NCBI GenBank assembly: GCA_965644315.1
Contig: CBFFRQ010000063.1
Coordinates: 1 to 64,000, forward strand
Reading direction: 5' to 3'
Source: Caecitellus pseudoparvulus
Taxonomy: Eukaryota > Protista > Bigyra: Bicosoecida
Length of the DNA: 64,000 nt
Position numbers and translations under genes: made by a program. Position 1 is the first letter of the stretch; each line of letters starts with the position of its first letter. The notes under the pieces were generated by a model. It was not told where the DNA came from, ran no database searches, and was given only the letters and a program-made list of their open reading frames with translations. Shown here one piece after another: positions 21,601 to 32,700 of the stretch.

Positions 21601-23662
21601 TCAACAAGCTGAGCTCTTCCACAACCCCGTCCAAGCTTCCGAGGATGTGCAACTCCCCAGCAGCATGCACGCCTTGCCAAACTGTGTGTGGCAGTCGGAA
21701 CAAATCAGGGCCCTCTGTTTGCCCGAAGCGAATGAAGACGCTCCCAGTGGCACCGACGCCCGAAAACACGCCGGGAACCAACCAGTTTGACGGATCTGTC
21801 TGCTCGCCATTGACCACAAACTTGCTTAGTCCGACGTTTACCCCAGCGAGGGAGTTGTTGTGCATCACCAAACTTGTTACGTTGGCAATTCTGAAGCCCT
21901 CCAAGTCGCCGCTGAGTCCCCGAAACGCATAGGGATGCACCTCCAAGTGGGATTCGCCACGGCCAAAGCAGCCATCACCGACCCCAGTACTGCCACCACC
22001 GTATCCGCCACCACCGTATCCGCCACCACCGTATCCGCCACCACCGTATCCGCCACCACCGTATCCGCCGCCACCGGATCCGCCACCACCGTATCCGCCA
22101 CCGCCGTATCCGCCACCGCCGGATCCGCCACCACCGTATCCGCCACCGCCGTATCCGCCACCGCCGGATCCGCCACCGCCGGATCCGCCACCGCCGTATC
22201 CGCCACCGCCGGATCCGCCACCACCGTATCCGCCACCGCCGTATCCGCCACCGCCACAGCCTGAACCGCTGCAGAGCCGCCTGAACGAGCCTCCCTCGAA
22301 CCCATGTTCGCCTGAGCTCGGGTCTGGCGTAGGTGTGCCTACGGTCATGCGGCAGCTGAGGCTCGCGCCTTCGAAAGCCCCAGGGTGCACAACTTGGCTA
22401 CTCACAATGTTGTTGCAGCTGGCCCCCAGCGCAACTGTGGAGGAAGATCCAAATACACAAGCTGGAGTGTACGATGAGCTGAACTCCTCACGAAGGACCA
22501 GCCCAGTGAAGGTATTCGGCAAGAATTCAGTCTGGTTGAAGCATTCCATAGCCCAGTTGTAGAAAATTGTCTGGGGCGCGAACGCCATTGGCTCGACAAA
22601 GAGACAGTTGCGAAAGTCGCCAAACCCCCCGACCTGGAAGGAGGCGCGCCTGGCATCAAAACCCTCGAACGCGAACGGCTCCAGCTTCCATAGCACGTTC
22701 TTGCCAGCAGTATCAGATCCAAGTTGGACTATTCCGGACGGCACCAGCGTGTTGTTGAATGCCCCAGCTTGGATCTGCACTGCGAGGTCGTCGCCCTCCG
22801 TCGGCGCCGCGGAACGCTTGATGAACCACTGGAACGCTGCAGAGTCTGGAAACGTCACATTCGAGAACGCGAGGGACTCAATTGTTTCGATTGGTCCTTC
22901 AATTGAGAACGATGTTGCGTCATCAGCGAACCGTAGGCCGCTGAAGGCGTTGGAGTGCACAACTCGGAGGCCCAGGCCTTCATCGTCACGCATTGCGAGA
23001 GACTCAGTTACGATTGTTCCTTCCAGAAGAAAGGGTGGAAGAGTTCCATTTGGCATGTCCAAAAACTGCAAGGTGTGCACTCGCATGTGAGCCAAGGCTC
23101 GAGCATGAAGCGTGCCTGTGAAGTCGCCTGGGAGCCAGAAGTTGAAGGTGACCTCGCAGCCCTCGAAAGCCAACGGCTCAACATCAAAGCTCATGCCGGT
23201 GAAGGTTAGTGACTGAAACCTTGCGTCCTTGAAAGCCCCTGTGCGGATAATGCTGAGGTCTGGCATGTCTTGAAACTGCAGCGTGCCAATGTCCGCGCCA
23301 GCGAAGGCGCCGTCGGCGAGCTCTGTGATTGGCTGCCCGGTGAACTGGACACCCTCCGGAAAAGAGATGTGGCTGAACGTCCCACTGGCAATGCTTGTGA
23401 TGGTGTCAGGTGAGGTGGCACCCTGGCTGCAGTCCAGCTGCCCGCTTGGCGCCCCGCCGGGGGGGCAACTGCAATCGGACAGCACGCCGGAAGTCAGGGT
23501 GCAGCAGTCCAGGCAGTCTTGCACGGCCTGGCCTGCTGCACAAGCCAGGTATCCGATCAGGATGAGAAGCACAGGGCCCCGCAAGCGCGTCGCTTCCCTC
23601 CTGGGCAAGCCTGGAGCGTGGAGCGGCGGCCGCAGAAACGCGAGCTGGCGATGGTGTCTCAT
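18614..23662 (-). CDS. LRR-GCC2/GCC3 3-TM surface receptor, paralog 2, with Gly-rich insertion
   Basis: Same architecture (CLDCCTLTSGVLSDC cap, LRR-like repeats, CFPGRA, Cys-rich repeats, 3 TM). Confidence 0.85.
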   Translation of the reverse strand: MRHHRQLAFLRPPLHAPGLPRREATRLRGPVLLILIGYLACAAGQAVQDCLDCCTLTSGVLSDCSCPPGGAPSGQLDCSQGATSPDTITSIASGTFSHISFPEGVQFTGQPITELADGAFAGADIGTLQFQDMPDLSIIRTGAFKDARFQSLTFTGMSFDVEPLAFEGCEVTFNFWLPGDFTGTLHARALAHMRVHTLQFLDMPNGTLPPFLLEGTIVTESLAMRDDEGLGLRVVHSNAFSGLRFADDATSFSIEGPIETIESLAFSNVTFPDSAAFQWFIKRSAAPTEGDDLAVQIQAGAFNNTLVPSGIVQLGSDTAGKNVLWKLEPFAFEGFDARRASFQVGGFGDFRNCLFVEPMAFAPQTIFYNWAMECFNQTEFLPNTFTGLVLREEFSSSYTPACVFGSSSTVALGASCNNIVSSQVVHPGAFEGASLSCRMTVGTPTPDPSSGEHGFEGGSFRRLCSGSGCGGGGYGGGGYGGGGSGGGGYGGGGSGGGGSGGGGYGGGGYGGGGSGGGGYGGGGYGGGGSGGGGYGGGGYGGGGYGGGGYGGGGYGGGSTGVGDGCFGRGESHLEVHPYAFRGLSGDLEGFRIANVTSLVMHNNSLAGVNVGLSKFVVNGEQTDPSNWLVPGVFSGVGATGSVFIRFGQTEGPDLFRLPHTVWQGVHAAGELHILGSLDGVVEELSLLNVAVGALKISTSSLSFGPEASVWRNVHIGTSLVIQSRHMPGFQVGSLNETTVGNGIKLEVLTATIESSQCFPGRAVFPDLSPSTIPEFQNAVVSAGVTGRLGSDTFFQLCSCQPGEMPVTIGLAPVCMLCGVGRACPTGRAVGCPKGTFTDTLGLSHLSDCEECPPGTYNPFIGRDSTGCLPCRIGTFSPMSKATSREDCQTCPPGTFSSGPGQQQCSLCPLGTFTDAPGQAACSPCPLGTYGTRSGGTNETDACAPCPAGQTTFSAGTPSIASCVPGSTPSTVVCPAGQSPTVRGECEACPLGHVCPDGEAVACPVGTFNNALGQSDAEESCTPCPAGTFNSLPGQTSVSCVPCSPGTASGVEGATSGSACEACAAGSFAALAGASVCSPCAQGTYAVRARSVSCEACPVNTYGSGPGGALVSSACLACPEGTDTAGLRGVSGLEGCVETPEEPPAQCGAGEVRDPDNSTQCLEVRCGAGLAPVGGGCVGCPAGTFGVPPSCAQCPRGGLCPGGTVSAVLSPGDLRASAPALAAAAEAGSAVEAGSGASGHGADDSQGNSGFGSSSLSNLENLFLLGATLGAALLLPLLALLLAKCSSHTKRFLLWLDTFSLDHDYPDRFTIHKASTVLGGACTISLVAVLCGFLASSLLQYYTANTLVTTRFDPAGSAAQEAGIVTSQWRLDVAAVIDGVQSAGDCPGAQSTLDFTGGGADGVRMPWAVASGVTLQRVEAASGASALACQYAASCSECTLATTLRARLRLPYTAQSVAWAMTTTRASTPATPGQPTKSVLQGSVGASSSQRLRSGEWTLTSTREVLVDTQGGSDATGYLLAFVDQQAGFLDSSAPTSGFVPQLTPVSLQLSVQLSPSVSFITVSELQSLLGLLAALGGLAGAVVGVYRLVYAEVEVKLQGCFVGAGLLRSGDVWMPVKSVEGVVGGGSSGEGGAPVSKVGASGEGVEGGGEPIDDSCVEGAHQPLAVADSVEEDGVRERSISF
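18645..20980. repeat. Constant cassette copy 2
   Basis: Direct repeat of 13181-15507 (offsets 5464 and 5473), interrupted by a divergent patch at 19869-19949. Confidence 0.95.
22001..22255 (-). repeat. 15-bp coding minisatellite, 17 units, encoding GGGG(Y/S)
   Basis: Units are G(T/G)ATCCGCCACC(A/G)CC on the + strand; 255 nt. Confidence 0.95.
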
Positions 23663-24418
23663 GGCGGTTGCTAGGGCCAGCCAGCCCCTCAATCGGCTCC
23701 AAAACGAGAGCTCAAGCTGAATTGTTGGTGTTGAAGTCGATAAGCTTCGAACTTGTGTGCGATGCGATGGTTTATTGTCGGCCGGGGCGAACTGCTGGCG
23801 TCGCTGGGCAACAGCGTTTCAGGTGCAAGGCGTCGCTGGACACGCCAACGCAATCATGGACGTCCCTCGCGTGCGACGCGATGGGCAGCCCCGCGCTCGG
23901 CAGATCCACACAATAGCTGAATGATCTTACTCAGACAGCGGATTCCCGTGCTGCCTGGAGCCGGGGACCCCCCGTGGGGCCTGAAGAGCGCTGCCGTAAG
24001 AGCGCAATGCTGCGAGCTGCGGTGCAGTGCGAGCTTGCCCAGAGTAAACCCGCAAGGCAAGGCGGTGCCCGGGGTTGAGAATTGGCCACCTTGCTGCACT
24101 CCATCCCCCCCATCTCCAGACCTGTGCGACTGCCTCCGAAGAAGAGTCTCTCCCCTTGAGGCCACCAAGGGGGCACTCACACACTTGAGCTCGTGACAAC
24201 GGACCTGACCAGCTCTAAACTTAGTCTCACAGCAGCTGCCGCCTATGCCGCGGAGATCACAGCAAATCCTACCCTCCGAAACATCCACACCCCCACGTAC
24301 TCTTGACTGTGGCATTTCTGTGTTCCCCTTGCTCATTTTGCTTCCATTTTTGTTGTCCCCGATTGCTACGTTTCGCTGGCGTTTCGTTGCCAACGCCCCG
24401 GCAAGGGACGCAGCCCCC

Positions 24419-27400
24419 ATGCCACGGCAGGCTCGGCCCCGGAGCAGCAGGTCCAAGAGAAAGACTGAACCTGCTGCATCCAAGGTGGTGGAGCGGCACA
24501 TTCGGGATCCTTACGGCACGTTACAGGCAGCGCCGTCCAAGGAAGGTGAGGAGGGCGGAGCTCTTTGCAGCAAGTGCTGCCTCATCGTCACCCGCCGTTT
24601 CCGCCGCACTCCGTCGCACAGAGTGGGGGTCGAAGAGAAATGACTGCAGCAATCCGAACAACCTCTTTGGACTGGGTGAGCTGAAGAGGGGAGTGTGGGC
24701 GCCTCTTGCGACTGGTCTGACGGGACCAGGTCCACACCCACTGGCTCTGCTGCGGGAGCCATCCGTGCAAGCTGCCGGCCTGGTCAACCTCGGCGCCACG
24801 TGCTACTTGAACGCCCAACTGCAGGTGCTGTACCACTGTCTCCCTTTCCGGTGTGCTCTGTATGCCTGGAGCGGCACAGGCGGGAAGGCAGTGGCAGGTG
24901 CAGGCGGCGCAAGTGCTTCGGCAGCAGGTGCAGACCTGCTGCGCACACCTGCAGCAAGAGAGGCGCAGCTGCGCGTCATGCAGCAACTGTTCTGCACGAT
25001 GCAGTACTGCGTGGCGAAGTGTGCCTCACCTGCCCCGCTGGCTGCTGTGTTCCGGCTGGCGTCGGGTGTGCAGCAAGATGTGCAAGAGTTCTTGCAGCTG
25101 TTTATGCACCACCTGGAGACCACCTTGGCAAGCTCGGGTCCGGCGTACCTGCAGCGTGTAATTCCTCGGCTGTTCAGGGGGCGAAGCGCATGGGTGAACA
25201 AGTGTTTGACGTGTGACTACACCTCTCGAACTGGTGACGCGTTTTACGAAGTTCAGGTGCAGACGCAGGGGGTCAGCAGCCTCCACCAAGCGCTCGAGCA
25301 GACGTTTGGCACCGTGGATTTATCAGGCTCTGCTCAGTACTCGTGCCCTCGATGTCAGGACAAGCGCGATGCCGAGCGGTTCTTTCGTTTGGAGCAGCTG
25401 CCTCCCGTGCTGCACGTGCAGCTGGCACGGTACGGCTACGACATGGCGACAGGAGAGCGGAAGAAACTAAATGACGCCATCCACATCCCCGATGTCCTGA
25501 ACCTAAGCCAAACGGATGCACTGGCAGTTCCTCTTTCGACAGCGCCAGCGGCTACGCGAGTTCCCGTCTTGTACGAACTGACAGCGGTTCTCTACCACCA
25601 CGGGAAAAGTGCCAACTATGGGCACTACACGTGCGATGTGTGGGATTCTGAACGAGGACAGTGGCTGCACTGTGACGACGAGGCAGTTTCTGCGCTCACG
25701 GAGGGGGCTTCTCCTGCAGCAGGAGCAAAGCAGCCCAGGAGGGACACCGAACACCCGCTGCACGAAGACTCGAGTCCTTGTCTTGCCGACAAGTGTGGGG
25801 CAGCTGCGTTTGAGCAGGTTAGTGCCGAAACGCCGGCCCCGCCAACCCTGTGGCCGGCGGGCGCCGTCCCTGAAGTGGGCAGCGTACCGCAAGCAGCACT
25901 TGCGGCAGCCGTGTCGGGAATCAGCTCTGACCTTCCGCATGGCCCACCCCAGCCTGCTCCTGAACTGAGAAGCGCAACAGCTCAGGGTCCGATCGTATCT
26001 CAGGCACAAAGGGTGTATTCACTCGCTGCGAGTGGAGTGTCCGGGTACGTGTCGTGGTGCAGGCGCAGGCGACATCCCCGCATGTCCACCTGCGCTGGGA
26101 AAGGAACTCGAACTGCGTACATGTTAGTGTACAGTGCTGTTGACTCAGAACGAGCGGCCAAGTGGGAGGCTATGCAAGTCGCAGTGGGAGCTGGGCAAGT
26201 GCCAGTAGGCGACCATGCGGGCAGCCCCAGCGAAGCCGCTGCCACGACACCTGCAAGCTGCAGCAAGCCAAGCCGGAAGCGCAGCAGGCAACCCACTTCA
26301 GATGAAGAGCAGATCAAACTCCCATTGGATGCTTCCATGGCGGCGAGCGCTCAGGAGCAGACCGCGAGGTACATGTTTGATGTGCTTCCACCAGCGCCAC
26401 GCTCACCCTTCGAGAACTTAACGGCGGGATTCACCCCGAGCGATGGGAGTGCCGACAAAGAAGGTGTATCTTTGCTTCCTCCGAGTGACATGTTATCTGC
26501 TGTGCATGCTTGGAATAGGGTGCTATCGCGACGTGCGGCGGCATGGATTCGCCAAGAGCACGCAGCGCTTGCCTCGAGGAGGGCGAGGCAGCTGCTGTAC
26601 GAGGCACTTTTCATGTCATCCTCCCAGGCTGCTCCTCGCCCCCAAGCTGTCACAACCAACGCTCTTTCCCGCTGGCGGAGCCAAAAGGCACCTCCCCACT
26701 GGTTCTGGATTCCGGCTCGTTGGCTTGCAGCGTGGGTGCAGGGTGTGGAGGTGCAAACTGACGGCGACAGCCAGGGCATTGACGGGCCCGGGCACGCCAC
26801 ACCTGATGAAGGTACATCAGAAGGCCGGGGAACTTCCCCGATCTGTCTGTTATCCGATGAAGAAAGCTGTGCGACGGCGTGTGATGAAGAGGCTTCGAGC
26901 GGGTCAAGGAGCAAGCACGATGTTGCAGCACAAGAAGCCGAAGCCAAGCCAGCGGCTGACGGGGCAAGGCAGGACGTGGCCGACCTCTTGGAGCGGGCTT
27001 GTGCTGGAAAGTGCCTCGACCTGCCAGACTTGTGCAAGTCAGGTGTGTGGCTGTTCGACAAGGGGGGGCGAACCGCCTTTGGAGTGTCCACAGCAGCCTG
27101 CCCTGCGCTAGCTCACATGGACATGTCGCCCCTCCTCTCAACTCAGGCTGGGGGTGAGGTGGTCATGATGCCTGCAGCAGCCCGCTCTGCAAAACGCGTG
27201 ACTTCCGCTGTCTTTGAGGTCCTGCAGAACGCAGGTGGGACGGCTGTGTGCAAATTCCTCGGAGCGGAGAAGTTGCACGAGGCAAGCTGCCAAGCTTGGG
27301 CGGATGTGCAAGCTGCTGCTCGTGAAAGTTGCCCTTCCAGTCTTCTGAGCTGTGCAAAGGAAGCTGTCGAGCGTCTTTGTGACTGGAGCGGTGATACCGC

Positions 27401-29549
27401 TCCCAGCTGGGCCTTGGACGCGGCTCCAGGCACTGCAGAGCCAGCGGTGCCAACTTGGGCGGTGGGCACTTGGCTCTGCACAGAAGTTGACGTGGCACCC
27501 TTCCCTGTCCACCAGAAAAACTTCATGTCTCCAGACTTGCTTGGGAGCATTCTCGGAGAGCTGTCTTCCTCCAGAGACCAGCACGCTGAGGTGGAGGAGC
27601 TTCTGTCTGTCCTCGGGCAGCCGGAGCCGGTGCAGCTGACTCAAGCAGAGTTGCAAGACGCACGCGCAGCCTTCGTTGCAGACACCTTGTCCTCAGGTGA
27701 TTTTGCGGCAGTGAAGTCGGACACCCCCACGCCAAACACCACAAATCTTGACTCTTGTCACATCGAGGTGCTTGATCCAGACTTCCGCGCTCCAGAGTCG
27801 TGGAACCTGCCAGATGGGACCCTCCTTGATGTTGCAGCGGCCGAGGAGCCTGGGGCAACTGCAGAGACTCCCCAGGCGCTGGAGGTCATGCGCGCCCTGT
27901 CGTCTCTCGCGCTGTCCTGGACTGAATCACGGGGCGGAGAGCAACAGTATCTTCTCAGCCGAGCTTGGATCCGGCGCCTGCGAGACGAACAAGACGTAGC
28001 TGTGCATAGCCGTGCAAAGAAGAAAACCGGTGGGGGGCTGCTCGATCACTTTCGTGTTGACCCTAAGCCTGGCCCCCAGGACAGCCCACGCACGACCTGT
28101 GCGAACGCGGACCTCGTAAGCCCTGCAGGCTACCTTGCACATGGCTCTGCTCGCCGGTACGCTCGTGTCTCGGCTGAAGCCTGGCAGAGTGTGCTTGCCT
28201 TTGCCCCAGATGCGGTCCCCGTCCACCACCTCGTCGCGGTGACTGACCCATGGCAGGCTGCAGCTCAAGCTTCAAATCGGAAGGAAGCCTCGCAAGCTGC
28301 AGCCGCCCGACGGAGCCAGTTGGCCTCCGCTGCGCTGAATAGACTTGCGCTTCGCCGGAACCCATTTCCTGCCACCCACTCAGCCAAGCACGTTGGAACA
28401 TGCCCGCTTGCGCCTGGCTCGTACGCGCTCGTCCCAGCTGCCCTGCTTGCTTCCTGGCGTGCCTGGGTGAAGGAGGGCGCTGATGAGCCGCAGTTGTCTG
28501 GCTGCGCTTGGGAGGGTTTCTTCGTTGACGAGCCAGGTGCGACACCAAGCCTGGGCCTCCCAGACCACGTTCTGCAGTACCTCAGCAGCGTGGCGCAGGT
28601 GCGACTGCCTGCCCGGAACCCAGATGACACTGCCCTTGCCTGCCCGCTGTCTCCAGATGCCTCCCCCATGCCTCGGTCGGAAACTGGTGCAGGATCGGGC
28701 GCGGTTGGGTTCGAAGTGGTTGCCATGGACATGTGGGAAGATTTCCTCAAGGTGCAAGGGCTACTTCGAGGCCCTCGCCCCACTGCAGAAGTGCAGTCTG
28801 GGCGATGCGCCTGCCTGGATGCAGCCTCCCTTGACGCTGGAGGAGGCAAGCCTGCAATGCCTTCAGACACCACTTGCGGTGAAGGGTGCCCACACCTGTC
28901 CCCCAGGTCAACGCCAGCATACGCAGACTTCTGCGGATCCTTGGCGGCGCCCACGCTGCGTGTCTTGCCTGCACAGCAGGCCGCGATGCTTCCAGAACAC
29001 ATCACAGCCCACCACAGCACGTTTTTCCCCAACTCTGCGGAGAGTACCGAAGGCTGCATTTGGTGGACAGATCCACCACTGAACAGGGATGGCCTGGCAG
29101 CACAGCTGCTCCGCCTTCAAGCTGCCCGTGTGCGCTTCACGAATCGAGAGATTAATGTCCGACGCCTTGCGAGTGGTCAGGATCCTCCAACAGGTGCCGA
29201 GTGCACCGCAAGCGGGGAACGCCTTGGTGAAGGGGGCTCACGAGGAAGGCGGAGCCGGCGAAGCCGCAGCGCGGGCAGGCTTATCATCCTGGTTGACAGC
29301 ACTGACTCGTTGCACGAGTTGGCGCTCAAGTGCTACGAGGCTCACGGCTTCGGGCTCTGTGGACGTTTCTGGTTTCGGGGGACGCCCCTCTCTGCTGGAC
29401 AAACATTGGAGGAAGCAGGGGTACCAGCGGAGGGGACCATATTCTTCGAGGACGGCGACGAAGATATTCTGACGCTTGGCTTGGAGGGGTCTATGGTTTC
29501 CATGCCTGAAGCAGGCTTCGGTGGCTCGGCGTTCCAATCAACCGTGTGA
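24419..29549 (+). CDS. USP48: Ubiquitin-specific protease, USP48/UBP26-like
   Basis: Cys box GLVNLGATCYLNAQLQ, QQDVQEF, His box HHGKSANYGHY..W..DDE, DUSP-like segments, C-terminal ubiquitin-like domain and EAGFGGS end. One 5' intron likely. Confidence 0.85.
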
Positions 29550-29722
29550 TGCGCAGAGGCAGAACAGGTGCAGCCAGGCGCGGAAGGCCGTTGCCTGAAG
29601 GTTGACGCGCTGAGTGCCTTTGACGCGTCGTGTGCCCTTAGTCTGCTTAGGCAACGCCAAGGCTTGAGCCATGCATTGCATCGCACCAAGCTAGGTCAGT
29701 TCTAAAGAGTAAAAAAGCGTCC

Positions 29723-32700
29723 TTACTCTGAAGGTGGGGGTGTTGAGGCCAGCGGCGCTTCCTTCATCGGTTTCACTGTTCCTGCGGAGGAGCCTGACTC
29801 TTCCCCGGGAGGCACGTACAAATCTTCTGACCCCAACACACCAACATGGCTCAAAGCCGATTGCACTGGTAGTTCTCCGAACCTAAAAGCAAACGAAAAC
29901 ATCCCAAACGTAGCCCCCGCCAGACCACCCAACGCAGCCAACAGACCCAGCAACGACTGCAGCTCCGACACAGTGATGAAGCTCACCGACGGCGACAGCT
30001 GCACGCTCAACTGCAACGACACAGGCGTCAACTGCGGCACGAACCCTGACGTCGGCGCTGAACTGTCCAGGAAACCCGCCTGCTGGTCCACAAACGCCAA
30101 CAAGTACCCCGTCGCATCGCTCCCGCCCTGTGTGTCCACCAGCACCTCACGTGTCGACGTCAGCGTCCACTCGCCAGACCGCAGCCGCTGACTGGACGAC
30201 GCGCCTACACTCCCCTGCAACACGCTCTTTGTCGGCTGCCCAGGTGTCGCGGGCGTCGATGCCCGTGTCGTCGTCATGGCCCACGCCACACTCTGCGCCG
30301 TGTACGGCAGACGCAGCCGAGCCCGCAGAGTCGTCGCCAGTGTGCACTCACTGCAGCTCGCAGCGTATTGGCACGCCAGAGCACTCGCGCCACTGGCTGC
30401 CTCCACGCGCTGCAGCGTCACGCTGGATGCCACAGCCCACGGCATGCGCACACCGTCCGCGCCACCACCCGTGAAGTCCACCGTGGACTGCGCACCTGGG
30501 CAGTCCCCTGCACTCTGCACACCGTCAATCACAGCCGCCACATCCAGGCGCCACTGGCTCGTCACGATGCCAGCCTCCTGTGCTGCAGACCCTGCTGGGT
30601 CGAACCGCGTCGTGACCAGGGTGTTGGCGGTGTAGTACTGCAGGAGGGAGCTGGCCAGGAAGCCACACAGCACCGCCACGAGGCTGATGGTGCAGGCGCC
30701 ACCCAAGACTGTACTGGCCTTGTGCACGACATTTTTGTCAAGCACAAAGTGATCCAGGCTGTATGCATCGATGAACTTGACGGCCGAACGCAGGAATTTG
30801 AAGCATCGCGCGAGTGCCAGCGCAAGAATAGGGAGAAGCAAAGCGCACCCCGCAGTAACACCAACAACTGTAAATGTAGTTGCCTGTGGGAGTGCAGAGC
30901 TGTTTGCTCCTTCTGTGCCGTCATTCTCAGATGCTGCTGCACTGCTCCCGCCGGCTTCAATTTCAGCACCCGCCTCTGCCGCGGCCGCCAACGCTGGCGC
31001 AGACGCACGCAAGTCGCCCGGAGACAAAACTACAGACGCTGTGCCGCCAGGACACAGCCCGCCGCGCGGACACTGCGCACATGATGGCGGCACGCCAAAC
31101 GTACCTGCCGGACACCCCACACACCCACCGCCCACCGGCGCCAACCCCGCACCACACCTCACCTCCAGGCACTGCGTCGAGTTGTCCGGATCACGCACTT
31201 CACCCGCACCACACTGCGCAGGCGGCTCCTCAGGCGTCTCCACACACCCCTCCAGCCCAGACACACCACGCAGCCCCGCCGTGTCGGTGCCCTCAGGACA
31301 CGCCAGACACGCACTGGACACCAGCGCCCCGCCCGGACCCGACCCGTACGTGTTCACAGGACACGCCTCACACGACACAGACCGCGCTCGCACCGCATAC
31401 GTCCCCTGCGCACACGGACTGCACGCCGACGCACCCGCCAACGCCGCAAATGACCCCGCCGCACACGCCTCACACGCCGACCCCGACGTCGCACCCTCCA
31501 CCCTTGATGCCGTGCCCGGCGAGCAAGGCACGCACGACACCGACGTCTGACCCGGCAAGCTGTTGAACGTCCCGGCCGGGCATGGCGTGCAGCTCTCCTC
31601 TGCATCAGACTGACCCAGGGCGTTGTTGAAGGTGCCCACTGGACACGCCACTGCCTCGCCATCGGGACACACGTGCCCCAACGGACACGCCTCGCACTCC
31701 CCGCGCACCGTGGGGCTCTGCCCTGCCGGACACACGACAGTGGACGGCGTGCTGCCTGGCACACAGCTCGCGATGGATGGCGTGCCGGCGCTGAACGTCG
31801 TCTGCCCAGCCGGGCAAGGCGCACAGGCGTCTGTCTCGTTGGTGCCGCCGCTGCGGGTGCCGTAGGTGCCGAGTGGGCAAGGGGAGCATGCGGCTTGGCC
31901 TGGGGCGTCGGTGAAGGTGCCGAGGGGGCAGAGGGAGCACTGTTGCTGTCCGGGGCCAGATGAGAATGTGCCTGGCGCGCATGCAGCACAGTCGCGAGCA
32001 GAGGTCGCATTCTGTGTGGCCGAGGCAGTACCAGGGGGGCAGTTCAAACATCCCGCAGAGTTTGTCCCGACAAAAGGGTTGTAGGTGCCAGCTCGGCAGC
32101 CCTGGCATCCAGAGAGGCTAACCAACCCCACATCATCATTGTACGTTCCTTGAGGACAACCACGCGGACGCCCCGACGGACAAGCACTTCCCACCTGGCA
32201 AAGAACACAAATTGGCGCTGGCCCTCCGGACACCGGCATCTCTCCCGGAGGACAGGAGCAAACCTGGGGGAACTGGTTTCGTTCCAAGTCTGAGGCAATG
32301 CCCGCCCCCCCAACTTGCTCCAGAACAAATGGCACCGTTGAGGGGGAGACCGATGACAGGAATGCACGACCAGGAAAGCAGCTGATGGGCTGCCCAAGGC
32401 TCGCTTTGGCAGTCATGATGTGAAGGCCCCCGCCAGCCTGGACACCACTCAACACTCCTGCGGGAAGTTTGGGCAGTTCGAACTGCACAAGGTTGATCGT
32501 GTTGGCAACTGACACGTTTTGCCAAGAGCTGAAGTGGATATCCTCAGGATCAAACGAAAGCTGGCCAATGGCGAGGTCCAAGCTGCCGACAGCGAGGTCA
32601 GTGAAGTTCAGCACACTCTCGGCCATGTCGAACTCGGCCCTGATCTGCAGCGCTGCAAAGTCAGTCAGGCCGTCCCAGACTGAACTGGAGAACTGCACGA

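Noticed and set aside
22001-22255. Synthetic G4S linker or vector contamination (GGCGGTGGCGGATCC)
   Set aside because: The units are interspersed with one-base GGGGY variants, in frame in a native gene, at a site that is also variable in the paralogs.
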